Below are positions 37,317-50,063 of a stretch of 64,000 nucleotides of DNA, piece after piece. The number at the start of each line of letters is the position of its first letter. Within the stretch, counting starts at the first letter, position 1. Where the stretch lies: positions 372,001 to 436,000 of the forward strand of contig JBPGPT010000013.1 in NCBI GenBank assembly GCA_051047955.1, given 5' to 3'. A program made the position numbers and the translations under genes. The notes beneath the pieces are model-generated. The model worked only from the letters and a program-made list of their open reading frames with translations, did no database searches and had not been told where the DNA came from. Source of the stretch: Cystobasidiomycetes sp. EMM_F5. Taxonomy: Eukaryota.

Positions 37317-40090
37317 TCACGATCCAGAGGACGGTGCTTCGTGAGCTGCATGGCTTCGTGTCTTGCTGTGAGATTGGGCATAGCCAAAGCCCATTCCGTT
37401 CATCAAATGACCGTCTTCTTCATACAGCTGATGTGCCTCGTCGACTAGCCTCTGGATACCATCCAAACCGCGCTTAAGCTCTTCCATCGGGGGACCAAAA
37501 GAGAGTCGAACGAAGTGAATACAGGGGCTTTGGCTTGGCTGTCGACGCTGATTGATGTCGAAGAATACTCCTGGCACCACGATCGTTTGTCGTTTGAGCA
37601 GCTCTTCAAAGAAAGTCATACCGCTGTTCAGGGGCTGGAGCACAAATTACAGCTTAATGTATATCGTCGTGGTGCAGGAGGAATGGAGTACGTACTTCAG
37701 GTAGAGAAGACAAATCGAGCCAGATATAAACTATCCATTGCTGATCAGCGGATTTCTCCGGAAATGCTTACGAATCGCCTCACAGGTAGCTTCAGGCGGG
37801 ACTGTGATCTGCACAGACGATCATTCGGTGCATATCTCCCTCAATCGTCAATATCGCAACTCACCTTGAAGCCCATCTCAGTCAACCGTCCAAGAACGTA
37901 ATCACGTTTTGCCTTGAAACACTTCTGGAGAGCCAGCTTGTCTTGCTCAATCCGCTTCATCTCGAGTAACGGGATCACTGCAACCTGAATTGGGTGATTG
38001 CACCCACCATCTAGATAACTACCACTCTGGCCAAGAGCTTGAATAAGTGATTTGGGACCAACCACCCTTACACATCAAAATAGGCAAATCAGCTGACACA
38101 CTTCATAAATCGATACCAACGCACCAGCAACATCGGAAGCCTGGTAGGCGATGATTCTTTGTTAAACCGTCAAGCATCACGCACGAACTGCAGTGCAAGA
38201 AAGTGATGAGAAATGAAGAATTTCGACAAAATTTTGCGACATTGAGCATACTCGTGATTGACATCTGTATCACCGAGAGTTAGTGCAAAGAAGCGCGACA
38301 ATCTGTACGTGAGATCAATGCGGACCGTCGACGTATTCTGCGGCCGATATGCTTTTCCCCTCCAAATCGTCAGCGTACTGGTACCAGCTGAAGGGTTTGG
38401 TCAATGAGCGATTCGGGTAGTTGCGTTATATATACTCACGAGTAGAACTCGTCTAGTCTTGTTCGCACGTAATCGATGGACATAGGCGAGGCTTGTTAGG
38501 CGGGGAGAATGAGGAACGAATGTGTATCAAAGCTTACATAACGGTGACGCCGTCTCTACCCAAGCTGACCAAATCATCCAGGTCCTTTCCACGAATGACT
38601 TGACCTGTTGGATTGCGGGGATTAGATAGTACTATAGCGCTAATGCCCATAGAGCTGTGTGGCGTTCCAAATCAGAAACGCTGATACGATGTAAGATAAC
38701 CCACTGAACAGTGCTCTTGAGTTCCTGTAGATCTAGCTTGAATTTGTCTTGAGCTGAGAGCGTGATTGGCACCGGAAGCAGTTTCTTGAAGCAGGACAGC
38801 ATAGAACTATATGCCGTGTACTCGGGTACCTTGAGGCAAGTCTCAGTAAGATATGCAGACGCAGATCAGGCGACCAGCCCACCTGATATGCGACATAAGC
38901 ATCCTGAGCACGCATTGCGATGTCATTCAAGTATCAGTATCAGTATCAAAACGTACCAAGCACAAAATCTCCACGTACCCCAATGACAGCAGCTATCCGA
39001 ATGAGTCCAGATCGGCCGCCTTGACTTGACGTGGTCAGAGGCGGAGCGCGATGGTACAAAGACAATCTTACCTGGAACAATGCACACATTCTCGTGCGTA
39101 TATTTCGACGCCTTATTCTTGCGGTATGTCTCGTTGTACATGTTGGCGACCGCCTCTCGCAACTCTTTGACGCCAGTAGTGGGCCCATATCTGTCGGTAA
39201 CGTGAGCACTCATGGCATCATCGGCTGATGCATACCAGCTTGTATATGTCCACCAACTCTAGCACTTCATGGCCCATAGCTTCTAGATCTATCGTCTTTG
39301 GTCGCGCTGACCCGCCAGGAATATCACCAACTTCCGGAGCTCCTGGTGGCCGGTCACGGTACGATGAAAGTTCAGTAGGATCAGCAATAAGACATTCTCA
39401 CGCACCCTGCCCAAAATTCGCCCAATCGCTTGCGCCCATGCGGAAGCCGTGAGCTGCTGCTCTCTCGCTACAGTACACAACACCAGTAGCAGGCGTTGGC
39501 TCTATTCCTGGCAGATCGCACTTTCCTTCCGCGTAGGAAGTGGCCGAGTGCTTGAGCTTTGGTCGGGCGCCATGTCCTGCGGCCAACGAAACGTCGCCAT
39601 GGATAGCCACAGATACGTAGATGGGCCCAGGACATGTCAGCACGCATCGTAATTGACCGTGTGTGCGAGAAAACGGGATGTATATAAGCGTTTTGGGGGG
39701 ACCGTGCGGAGAATTTGGGCCGGGGTTGCGACAGCGAGAAAGGATAGAATGGCGGAGTCGGAGGAACAGATTCACGTTAGTACAAATGCTCGTTAGCGTG
39801 TTCAATGCCTATGCATACGTTCGGTATATATCTGCGAGTTACCATAAATAGACCCCAATGTCAGTCATTTTCGTTATAAACGTCGCTAGAACAGCCATAT
39901 CCACCTTGTGTGACTCGTGGTCGTGGTCGTTGATTGCAGTGTTGCCGTTGCTCTGCCTGTTCTCCGCATTCAGTCAGGCTGCGACTCTGGCCACGTTTGC
40001 AATGACATGGACACGCCTTTTCGTTTCGATGACATGGTCGACGACATCGCGAAAGTGCTCAAACTTGCGTGGAGTGGCAGGAGTAGCCAT
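37317..40090 (-). CDS. PLP-dependent aminotransferase, class I/II (aspartate aminotransferase-like)
   Basis: ATGVVYCSERA...WANFGQGAPEVG, YGPTTGVKELREAVA, SNPRNPTGQ, ILDEFYS, GLTKNHRLPGFR and PGVFFDIN...VRLSFGP. Very intron-rich; the 5' exons are less certain. Confidence 0.88.
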
Positions 40091-40587
40091 GGCGATGGTC
40101 TCTGTAATGTGTAATGAAACAGTGTCGATAGTATGTATCGAATACCCAACTTCAAACGACGCAAAGCAAACAATGTGCAAGCAAATCGAAGCAATCCGAG
40201 AATAATCACATGAAATGACTGTATTGCAGCTGTTTGTGTGCACGCTTCTTCTAATGTTTACTTGCGGCTAATGAATGTAGACCCTTCGAAGCTGCCAACA
40301 ATCATGGCCTCGACTATTTGCAAGCTGATACGAGACTTGTCTCTTCCTCTGTCATCATAATGTAGATATCAGCGGTCATTATAATCTTCAATACTATCTG
40401 CTTGCATACTATTAATGTCGGCATTCCGGCAAGCTATTGAATTGAATGATAAACGACGCGATAAGGCTTCACCTGCCATCAACCGAGGTATACAACGACA
40501 AACGCAAAGGAAACAATACCAGCACATTACACGGCAGGACAGAGTACACGCTGCACGCCGTAGCACCCTTGGATACACTCTGCGACC

Positions 40588-42553
40588 ATGGAGACGCGAG
40601 GACTGTCTCGAGGCAGGCTGGCCGGGCTCATCGGGCTGATGCTCACCAGCGGGGCACTCAATTCCCTGCTGAGCAAGTGAGTTGGGCATATCGTATGGAC
40701 GGCATGGACACGCTGGTGCTGTCCCGCGCCGTGCTGGGTTGAGTTCACGAACCGGTGCTGATGACCCAATTAATCTACTCAGATATCAAGACATGCAGCC
40801 CGTCGGGAACGGCAAGGTCTACGAGCAGCCAGTGTATCAGACAATGTAGGCTGGAGTGATGCTCGTCGATACAAGTACACCGCTGACTCGGTTCATTACT
40901 CGTAGGACCATGTTTGCCGGAGAGAGTGAGTGGCAGCGACAACCGCAATCACTCGGTCACACTATCCATTCCAATACCCATCTATGCACTTACCCCTTTC
41001 TCCCACGCTGCCATCACTGCCCACTCTTGCTGACGTTTGATCCATCTTCCTTCCATCTACGAACCGATCGTCGTCGGAAACTGATGATCGTCATTGCCGG
41101 CAATGTAACAAACAGCGTTATGTGAGTCCGCAAGTAATGCTATAGTACATACACAGCACACTGAAGCAGCCTCCCCATCTAGGCCTGATTGCATTCGCCG
41201 TTACCCGCCAGGTAGCCAGGCACAACAATAGCAAGCGGAAACATAAGGGGGGCAAAGGGGGGCAAAACACGAGCAACGCTCGGTACAGCCGTGTGCCAGA
41301 GTATGATTCCGGAGTAGTACTAGGCGCAGAATCGTATATCGCTATTGATCCAGAGGATCAGAGTTATATTACTCTTCGAGGGCAGGAGGATGCTCAGCCA
41401 TTATCCGCAGAAGATGATGTCGTGACTGGTATTTCTGCTCAGAAGGCAGTAGTCGGACCAGATGAGATTGTCCCAGCGACGCAAGACGCTCCAGAGAAGG
41501 CGTCCGAGCAGCTGTCGGGAGCAAGGAATGCTCTAATGTGGCTGCCTGCCATCTTTGATGTGAGTCACAATGGCTAGCGCAAGTGCATCTCCCTCTAAAT
41601 GTTACCATCTGCAGATCTGTGGAACAACGCTCATGAATGTCGGTCTGCTATGGGTACCCGTATCCGTCTTCCAGATGCTCCGAGGCGCACTCGTTCTCTG
41701 GGTCGGTCTCTTCAGCGTCCTCTTCCTGCATCGCCAGCTCCCTGCTGCTCAATGGTGTTCCCTCGTCGTTGTCATGCTGGGCGTGGCCGTCGTGGGTCTT
41801 TCGAATGTCGTCTCGCCAAAACCTGCTCCGGAGAACCAGCCCGAGGTTGATGTCGGCAAGGCCATCATCGGTGCATGTCTCGTACTCTTCGCCCAAGTCT
41901 TTACTGCATCCCAGTTCGTAGTCGAGGAAAAGATCATGACGAGATATTCCGTTCCGCCTTTGCAAGCGGTAGGCTTGGAAGGCATCTTTGGGCTTGCGAC
42001 TACCGCAATCCTCATGCCCGTCCTCTACTTTACAATTGGCAGAGGCAGTGGTCAAGGAGGCTATTTCGACATTGTCACGGGTTTCCATCAGACCTTTTCA
42101 TCGCCCGCGATATGGATCACTTCGCTCGCTATCGCATGCTGTATTGCCTTTTTCAATTTCTCTGGGTTGGCAGTTACAAAGTCTGTCAGTGCGACTGCCC
42201 GTTCGCTGATTGACACGTGTCGTACGGTGTTGATATGGGCAGTTTCACTCTTCCTCGGCTGGGAGGCGCTTGCAATGCTACAAGTCGTGGGCTTTGCGCT
42301 TCTGGTGTATGGAACGCTCCTCTTCAATGAAATTCTACCCTTTCCCCCCTTCTTTCCATCTGCAAAAGGGAGTAGTATCAGTGCCATCTTTGATAGCGAG
42401 GAGGACTACCAGCAGGACGAGCACGCAAGACTATCTGCCTCTGGAAGGGGTGCACAGAGGACAAAGCCAGTCATAATCAGATATCGATCTCAGCCGACCC
42501 TGGAAGAGCGCACCTCGGACGAAAGAACGCCCTTAATGGGAAGTCCGTCATAG
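40588..42553 (+). CDS. Drug/metabolite (SLC35F6-like, nucleotide-sugar transporter-type) membrane transporter
   Basis: GLMLTSGALNSLLSK, YEQPVYQT, MFAGE, WLPAIFDICGTTLMNVGL, FQMLRGA, ASQFVVEEK, VGLEGIFG and FFNFSGLAVTKSVSATARSLIDTCRT. Confidence 0.9.
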
Positions 42554-43015
42554 AACGTGGAGACCGGAGAATAATGTTCAGCGTCACTCGTGCTCTCGCA
42601 TATCGCATTCGCCGTACCTCGCATCCTGCAAATCGCAACAGCCTGAACGTCTGGTCATATTTTCGCAAAGGACAGTCTTACCGCTCTACGGTTGCACATC
42701 ATAACCTCGGTAGCATGAGTATCGCATCTCCGTCATCCGCAAGAATATGCAATGTATCGTTCTCGCGACTTTTCAAGCAAAGCAGCTATTGTGCGCATCA
42801 AATCAAATACTTTTAGTTTTAGCAGTTTTACAGTATGCATACCCTGCCTTAAGCAATCGCCGTAGCAAGCGTAATGTCAATGTAGCGGTTGTTGAGCTTA
42901 GTTGTTAGTGTAAGTCGGCAATGCCTTTCACAGTATACGAATGTCCATTGAGTGCTTCCTAAACGGCGAAACACAACTACCAGATATGTCCACATCTCCG
43001 ATGCAGATCTACATC

Positions 43016-44181
43016 CTATTTGGATACTGACATCTTTTCGTAATCTTCCTTTGTAATTGCGTTGACTGATCTTGCAGCATCTTGCAGCCATTCAGGCCAC
43101 GATCTGAATGTACTCAAGAACGACATGCGCCTGGGAATGACGAGCGTAGAGCCTCTGCAGCTGAAAATCTGATCCGCGATTTGCTTGGCGACAAAGGATG
43201 GCTCCAGCATCTTTCCAGATGACTTTTCGATGATGTCCTTACGTGCCGCCACCAGTGGCGTAGACACCCAGAGTGGATGTACGAGTGTGCAATGCACATT
43301 TGGTGCTCTGTACCATGTGCGAAGCTGTTCTCTGAGGCCTTGATATGACAAGAGGTGCAATCCTCAGTCAGACGCGGTTGCGGCGTGCAGAAGTCGCCCC
43401 ACCTTCGGAAAATGCACACAAGGCGACCTTGCAAGCGCTGTAATCACTAAACATCCCAACCGACACGAAAGAGCTCATGCTTGCTATCTCAACAATATGT
43501 CCCTTGTTGCGCTGGACCATTGCGGGCACAAAGGCTTGGCAGGTGTACCAGTGGCTGATGAGATTCACCTCAACAAGCTTCTTGACTTGCTCAAGAGGCG
43601 CTTCCAGCATCGGATAGTCTTGACCGATACCAGCGTTATTAAGTAATATCGATGGCGTGCCGACTTCTCTTCGGACTTTTTCCGCTGCTTGTTTGACTGA
43701 TTCTGGATCGGACACGTCACATTTACAGTATACGGCGGTGACTGTTATCGTCGTCAGTGAATGTAATGAGCGGGAGAGCGGATAGCTAGTTACCATTCTT
43801 TAGCCTGTCTGGAAGGTCTGCCATGTCTAGCACTGCAACCTTTACGCCTTTGGCTGCTAGAGCTTTCACTATCTCTTCGCCTATTCCAGAGCAGCCACCA
43901 GTGACCACTGCTACCTCAGATGGCCAATGCCATTGTTCGTTATCGCTTCGGAATTGCCAGTTGTTGAGAGCGGCACGGTTCAGGAAGGCATTGATTGATC
44001 GCACTACGCCTATCCCAAACAGCCACTTGAGCGTTGTTGTCAGAGTGGAGGCGCTGACCTTGAATGGCAGAGCTTGGAGAGCATGCAGCAGGCGCAATTT
44101 AACTACATCTGGTGCGCGGGTCACAGCCCACCATAGGATACCGGTAGAGACGGGGCCAAGGGGAGATAGCAGAGTAGACAT
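43016..44181 (-). CDS. Short-chain dehydrogenase/reductase (retinol/17-beta-HSD11-like)
   Basis: VAVVTGGCSGIG, CDVSD, LLNNAGI, YSACK (YxxxK) and an N-terminal membrane segment. Two introns. Confidence 0.93.
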
Positions 44182-44432
44182 GATGCGTAGGATGGAATAC
44201 TTCAGGATGAAGGGATTGCGAGCCTTCTGCAAACGATCTGCAGAGCCGGTTGCTATGGAAAAGGTACCCGGGAGAACGGATACTTGCAGAAGGATATGAC
44301 AGCAGCTCGCTGCGAGATGGAGTTTGTTCACAAGGATCAGTTGGTTGGGTTAGTGCTCAGTGATATCAGTTGCGTCGCAGTCAGTCAGTTCTCGTCCAAC
44401 CCGCGACGTTCTCAGTATCGAAAGCTGCAACA

Positions 44433-45986
44433 ATGACACCTGCCAACGAAAAGGACGATGTAAAGGATGGCACTGCGCCCATCGACGTAGCCATAATCGG
44501 AGCTGGCATCTCTGGCATCAACACGGCGTACAGGGTTCAGAGTGCCCTGCCAAATGCATCGTACACGATATTCGAAGGTCGCGAGGTTCTTGGGGGAACA
44601 TGGTCATTCTTCAAGTATCCTGGGCTGCGAAGCGACTCTGACCTCTTCTCCTTTGGCTTTGAATGGAACCCGTGGCAGTCTGACACGGTCATCGCGGATG
44701 CCAAATCCATACTGACCTACCTCCGCGCTTCTATCGAGAAGTTTGGCATCGATAAGCACATTAAATACCAGCACAAGGTCGTGTCGCTCAACTGGTCGAG
44801 TCAAGAGCAGCTATGGGAGATTCGAATGCGAGTACGGAACAACAATGAACAAACGGTCAAAGCGCGTTGGGTGGTATTGGGGACAGGATATTACGACTAC
44901 GAGAAGGCCCTGCCGGTGAAGATACCTGGTCTTGACAACTTCAAAGGTCAAGTCGTGCACCCGCAATTCTGGCCAGACGATCTTAATCTCGACGACAAGC
45001 GCGTGTCAATCGTGGGATCCGGTGCCACGGCCATTACCATCCTTCCCAACATCGCCGAACGAGCTCGTCAGGTAACTATCGTTCAGCGTAGCCCCTCTTA
45101 CATCAATAGCTTGCCCGCTTTCGACAGAAGCGGAGAATTCCTAAAACGATGGCTGCCCTTTTCATGGGCTGCCAAACTCTTGCGCATCAAATACTTGTTA
45201 CTCAGCTTCCTGTTCTTCCAATTCTGTCAGCGATTTCCGCAACGAGCTAGGAAGCTCATCTATGCCCAGACGAAGAAGCAGCTACCAAAGCATATCAGCC
45301 TGGAACCGCACTTCGTCCCGCGATACGGACCATGGGATCAGCGTTTGTGCTTGTGTCCAGATGGCGATTTTTACGCTGCCTTGCGCAAGGGCAACAGCAA
45401 CATTGTGACTGGCTACATCGAAAATGTCACAGAAAACAAGATCATCATCAAAGATCAACCTGATGCCTCAGTTGAGGCGGATATCATCGTGACTGCCACA
45501 GGTCTCAAGATCCTGATAGGCGGTGGCGCGACACTTACAATAGATGGTGGTAGTGTGCGAATTGCGGAGAAGATGCTGTGGAAAGGGTGCATGGTCCAGG
45601 ATATACCCAATGCCATTGCAGTTGTTGGATACACGAATGCGTCATGGACTTTGGGAGCAGATGTCGCTGCAAAGACCCTTACGAGGTTACTTGCTCATCT
45701 TCAGACGCATAGCCTCACCTCTGCTACTCCAGCCATACCCAAAGGCGAAGTCATTAAGGCATCCAATTTCATGAAGATGGAGTCGACGTACTTGCTGAAA
45801 GGCAGAGGCGATATGCCAGGGGCTGGAGACAAGTATCCTTGGCTACCGAGAGGCAACTACTTTACCGACATGTGGGACGCTACGTTTGGAAGCATAAAAC
45901 AGGATATTGTGAGCAAGCTCTTCCACGTGCCAGGCGTGATGGAGCACGGGGCGCTGATTCCTTGGGCTGAGCAGGTCTTCCAGTGA
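44433..45986 (+). CDS. Baeyer-Villiger-type flavoprotein monooxygenase (EthA/AlmA-like)
   Basis: IIGAGISG, GGTWSFFKYPGLRSDSD, the BVMO fingerprint FKGQVVHPQFWP, IVGSGATA, PRYGPWDQRLC and GYTNASWTLGAD. A probable single in-frame 3' intron at 45909-45974. Confidence 0.93.
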   Translation: MTPANEKDDVKDGTAPIDVAIIGAGISGINTAYRVQSALPNASYTIFEGREVLGGTWSFFKYPGLRSDSDLFSFGFEWNPWQSDTVIADAKSILTYLRASIEKFGIDKHIKYQHKVVSLNWSSQEQLWEIRMRVRNNNEQTVKARWVVLGTGYYDYEKALPVKIPGLDNFKGQVVHPQFWPDDLNLDDKRVSIVGSGATAITILPNIAERARQVTIVQRSPSYINSLPAFDRSGEFLKRWLPFSWAAKLLRIKYLLLSFLFFQFCQRFPQRARKLIYAQTKKQLPKHISLEPHFVPRYGPWDQRLCLCPDGDFYAALRKGNSNIVTGYIENVTENKIIIKDQPDASVEADIIVTATGLKILIGGGATLTIDGGSVRIAEKMLWKGCMVQDIPNAIAVVGYTNASWTLGADVAAKTLTRLLAHLQTHSLTSATPAIPKGEVIKASNFMKMESTYLLKGRGDMPGAGDKYPWLPRGNYFTDMWDATFGSIKQDIVSKLFHVPGVMEHGALIPWAEQVFQ

Positions 45987-46312
45987 TTGACATACGCTAC
46001 TGGTTGTATTAGATATTCTTGTAGCTCAATTGCGGCCTTTACAACATGACAGTTTTGATGAAACTGAACCTGCAAGACGATATCCTGTCCTCATAAATCG
46101 TTAGAAGATGGACTGACTGATCTCTGGCTGGCGCGCCACATCCAGACACTCTGCTTTTACCTGCTCTTGTACGGTGTCCGGCATGGGAGCTACTAACGTA
46201 ATGCGATACAGCTTGGAGCACCGCGCAATTGTGAAGTGCAGAGATTGTGCTGTGAATAGGGGCCATTTCGAGCGAGGCGATGCACATCCCCGACGGTCGA
46301 GTGCCCTACTAA

Positions 46313-47345
46313 ATGCAAGGCGATGACCCAGTCAGTGGCTGTACCTCCCAGGTCAAAGTTGCGACCCTGAGCGAGAGCATGGATGCCTCTTTTCAGCATC
46401 TTCACGACACTCCTTTCGTTTCATCACATACAGCTAGCGTCTTAGAGTCGATTTACAATTTGCAGAACTCACAGCAATGTTCGCAGCTTTTAGGGGCACC
46501 TCACGAGCAGGTAAGCCTCCTCTTACCGTAGGTACTGCCTCTCTCGGCTCTATGATGCACCGCTGAAGTGTGTACAGATCGTGGAGATCAGCAAGAGGCT
46601 GAGCCAAATCTGCTTCAATTTCGGACATTCTCGCTACATCAGGGATGATGTGATAAAGCTTTTCTCTGACCGTGCCATATACGCATGGCCTGACATGAAG
46701 ACGCTTGTTGATGATACCCAAGGCAAAGGACAAGACCGGGGCAATCTGGTAGATCGTCTGAAAGCGAATGACTATCAGATGTGAGTTTGGTGCAGACGGA
46801 GTCCTCTATTAGTTCTGCTCTCTAGGCTAACGATCTGATCAAGCCCAAAGCCAAGTCATGATTACAAGACGGTTAGCGGTTATCTACATCTGGCAATGTT
46901 CAATGTCCGCATACACATCTGGCTTCGCAATTTGCCCAAGTTCGATCCTCGCAGAGATGTTGAACAGCAGCTTGTTGTACTTCAGAAACGGGCTGCTGAC
47001 CTGAAGAAGGATCGGAACTACACGCTGGGAGTGCAGAACGGGTACAACATGCCATTTTTCGATGGCTTGAAGGCAATCACATCTTTTCAAGGTAGTCCTG
47101 CGGAAACTGGCCTGCTCATCAAGAATTTTAATGCAGCAAAATACACAATTCTCGCGCACAGGGAGATTGGCAAGCCATTTACGTACCGTTTACCCGTCAG
47201 TCAAATGAGGTTGAAGGCCTTCCAAGGGTCGCAGGCATTGGCAAGGCAGGATGCGGGTAACAATGCTAAGTATCCGGACGAACAATCTTCAAATCTGGTT
47301 TCGAGTAGAACGCTGCGGGAAAGCCAGCGAGGGGACTCACGCTGA
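46313..47345 (+). CDS. Hypothetical three-exon protein (about 300 aa), no recognised family
   Basis: Three ORF pieces join in frame through canonical introns 46511-46577 (GTAAGC..GCTGAA..CAG) and 46781-46843 (GTGAGT..GCTAAC..AAG). The 3' end is uncertain. Confidence 0.55.
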
Positions 47346-48081
47346 TAGAAGCGCGGCACACGACTTTTGCGACGCAATATGCGTCTGATGTCTGTCCTAT
47401 CGTTGGTGTATATAACAACATGCAAGCTGATCTTGCATAAATCAATACTTCCTCCGGCTTGCACCGTGCGATAGCAGTGCCTTTGCTAAATGTTACTGTA
47501 GCTGCTCTTTTCTGTACACTGTTAGGACAGCAGATATGATCATGACCGGAATATTGCGATAACAGAGTGCTGGCCAAATGTCAGTCCTGCGACCTCAAGT
47601 CACGACCGAAAGTGTACACAGCTACCACCGCGTGTTCTCCGTCGCAGCGGAGTTTAGCGCTCAGACGGTCGAAGCTAATTTGGCCAACAGATCAGCAGCA
47701 AGCGACTACATGTTCCTCCATGACTGTCAGAGCTCTCTGTGCAACTTGCGTGCACGTCTGACTGTCTAGAGCAGACAAATGCTTAAAGAGCCGCTGGATT
47801 AATACGCAGAGAACTGTCACTACTGTCTGCCAGATCGGGATGGAGAAGGGATGGTATTATCGGCGTATTTACGCACTAGAGAAATCAGCCGTCAGGGTGG
47901 AGAATTGAGGAAGGCCGCCGTAGCTGAAGCTTCACGGACTTGTCTACAGGAAGAGGGGTGATGCTGCTGCGCAAGGAGCGCTGCTTTGCTTGTGCATCTG
48001 ACATGCAGTTGCGCCAGGTAGCTTTTTTGCATTCAATCTAGCCTTGCATGTCTTTGGTTTGGAGGAGAATGGTACATTTCA

Positions 48082-49970
48082 ATGGCGTTTGATGTCGAGA
48101 GTGCCTCATCAGAAGAGGCCAACGAGAGCATGACTGCGACATCATGGCAGGAGGGTCGGATCAAGAGAGTTGCTGTGATTGGAGCTGGTGCGAGGTGGGT
48201 GTTTGCAGTTGTCGCCAGCTGCGATGCCATGTCTGGACTGAGTATACCCCCGAATCTTCATTGTCGCAACCCTCGATAACCTGCTGGTCATCTGATAATT
48301 GTCTCCACAGCGGTGTCGCAGCATTGCGTGAACTGACGCCCCGCTTCGAGCATGTCGTGTGCTTCGAAGGTGAAGCAGCAATCCATGAGTCCCGCAGCTG
48401 ACACCTATCTGACGCCACATTCCTCCCATATCCGATACTGCAGCCCGTAAGCAGGTCGGAGGGGCCTGGATATACTCCGAAGAGCCTCCGGATGAGTGCG
48501 TAGTGTCGTTTGATGCCCAAGGAAGACCCTTCGTCAAGACCGCCAGGGAAAAGTCGAATCCAAACTGGCCGACCGTAATGGAACCGAGTCCCATGTACCG
48601 CCTTCGCACAAACATTCCCGCAGATGGAATGAGCTACCGTGGTGTCCCATTCGAAGATACTTCGAGCGAGTTTCCGCGCGACGATGAAGTAGTAAAGTAC
48701 ATTCAAGACTGTGCAAAAGACTATGTACAGCATATAAGGTTTGGCTGTGTCGTCCGCAAGATCTGCAAACAGCTGTCAGGGGGGTGGTTATTGCAGTATC
48801 AGCCTAGCAGTAGCTTGGACGATTCCGCAACACTCAAGGAGGAAGTTTTCGATGCCATACTCGACGCTAGCGGCCATTATACAGTGCCCTACATCCCACG
48901 GATTGAGGGCTTGTGGAACTTTAAAGGCACAATACTGCATGCCAAGTGGTACCGGTACGTTTCTCACAGATCCCCTTTGCCATAACAAGGCCTCACTGAT
49001 TCCTACGTAATTCAGGCAGCCAGAAACATTCGCAAACCAAAACGTGCTCGTGGTTGGCAATCGAGCGAGCGGGTCCGATATTGGAAGGCAAATTGCTAGC
49101 ATGCACGCCAACGCAAATTCAGAATGCAAAGTATACCAATCTGTGCGGAGCCCCTTCTCTCTCGGCATTGATCCCAGGGAAGGAACGCGATGGAGTTCCC
49201 ACCTTCACATTGTGTCATCTGTCGAAAGCGCTACAGCGGGATCCATCGCCACGGTCGATGGTACCGTTTTAGAGGAGATTGATACAATCATCTTTGCAAC
49301 GGGATATCTATACGCCTTCCCATACCATGACAGCCATGAATCGCCATTTGCGGAGTTTCCTCTGGTTCGCGCTCCGGAAGTCAAACAAGGCACGACGGAT
49401 GGCGGCTTGAAGGCACCTAGAACTAATGACGGAATCTACCCGGAAGGTGGACTGCAAGTACACAATGTTGATACAGACTATCAGACATTCTATCGAGACC
49501 CAACCTTGGCGTTCAGCTGTCTCAACAAGTCTGTAATGTACGTTCTGTTCTCGCTCAAGCGTGTTCTGGCTGACTCATTTCAAACAGACCATGTAAGGCG
49601 GTACATACATATCCATGCTACATTGCTGATAACTCTCCCAGTCCCACTTGCGCAGATTCAAGCACATGCCATCGCCAAAGTCTGGTCCGGACAACCTATC
49701 GAATTGCGCTGGGACACTATCACAGAAGAGGACTACAATTACCACACCTATGGCAACCCGAGAGAATTCGATGTGGAGGATGCTTTATTGAATGCTATAG
49801 GTGAAGGTCGGCATTGCTCGCCCAGGCAGACAGGGCACGCAAGCAATGGTGTACATGACGACGATGAGCCAGAGATACTGTCTGATGGACGGTTCCCGTT
49901 GGTCTCCAGTAGGCGCAGAGAAGAGAGAGGCAGAATGGTAGCAAAACGGCGGCAGGTGCTTGGGTACTGA
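48082..49970 (+). CDS. Flavin-containing monooxygenase (yeast Fmo1/thiol-specific type)
   Basis: RVAVIGAGASG, VGGAW, SPMYRLRTNIP, ASGHYTVPYIP, FKGTILHAKWYR, VVGNRASGSDI, IIFATGY and VIPFPLAQ (formed through a microexon). Confidence 0.92.
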
Positions 49971-50063
49971 ACGAATGAAACATGAATTAAATGGAATAAG
50001 CGCACTGCCTGGAAACAACGGCTGCAACTGCATAGAAGTGGACAACAAAGAGACGAAGCTCGA

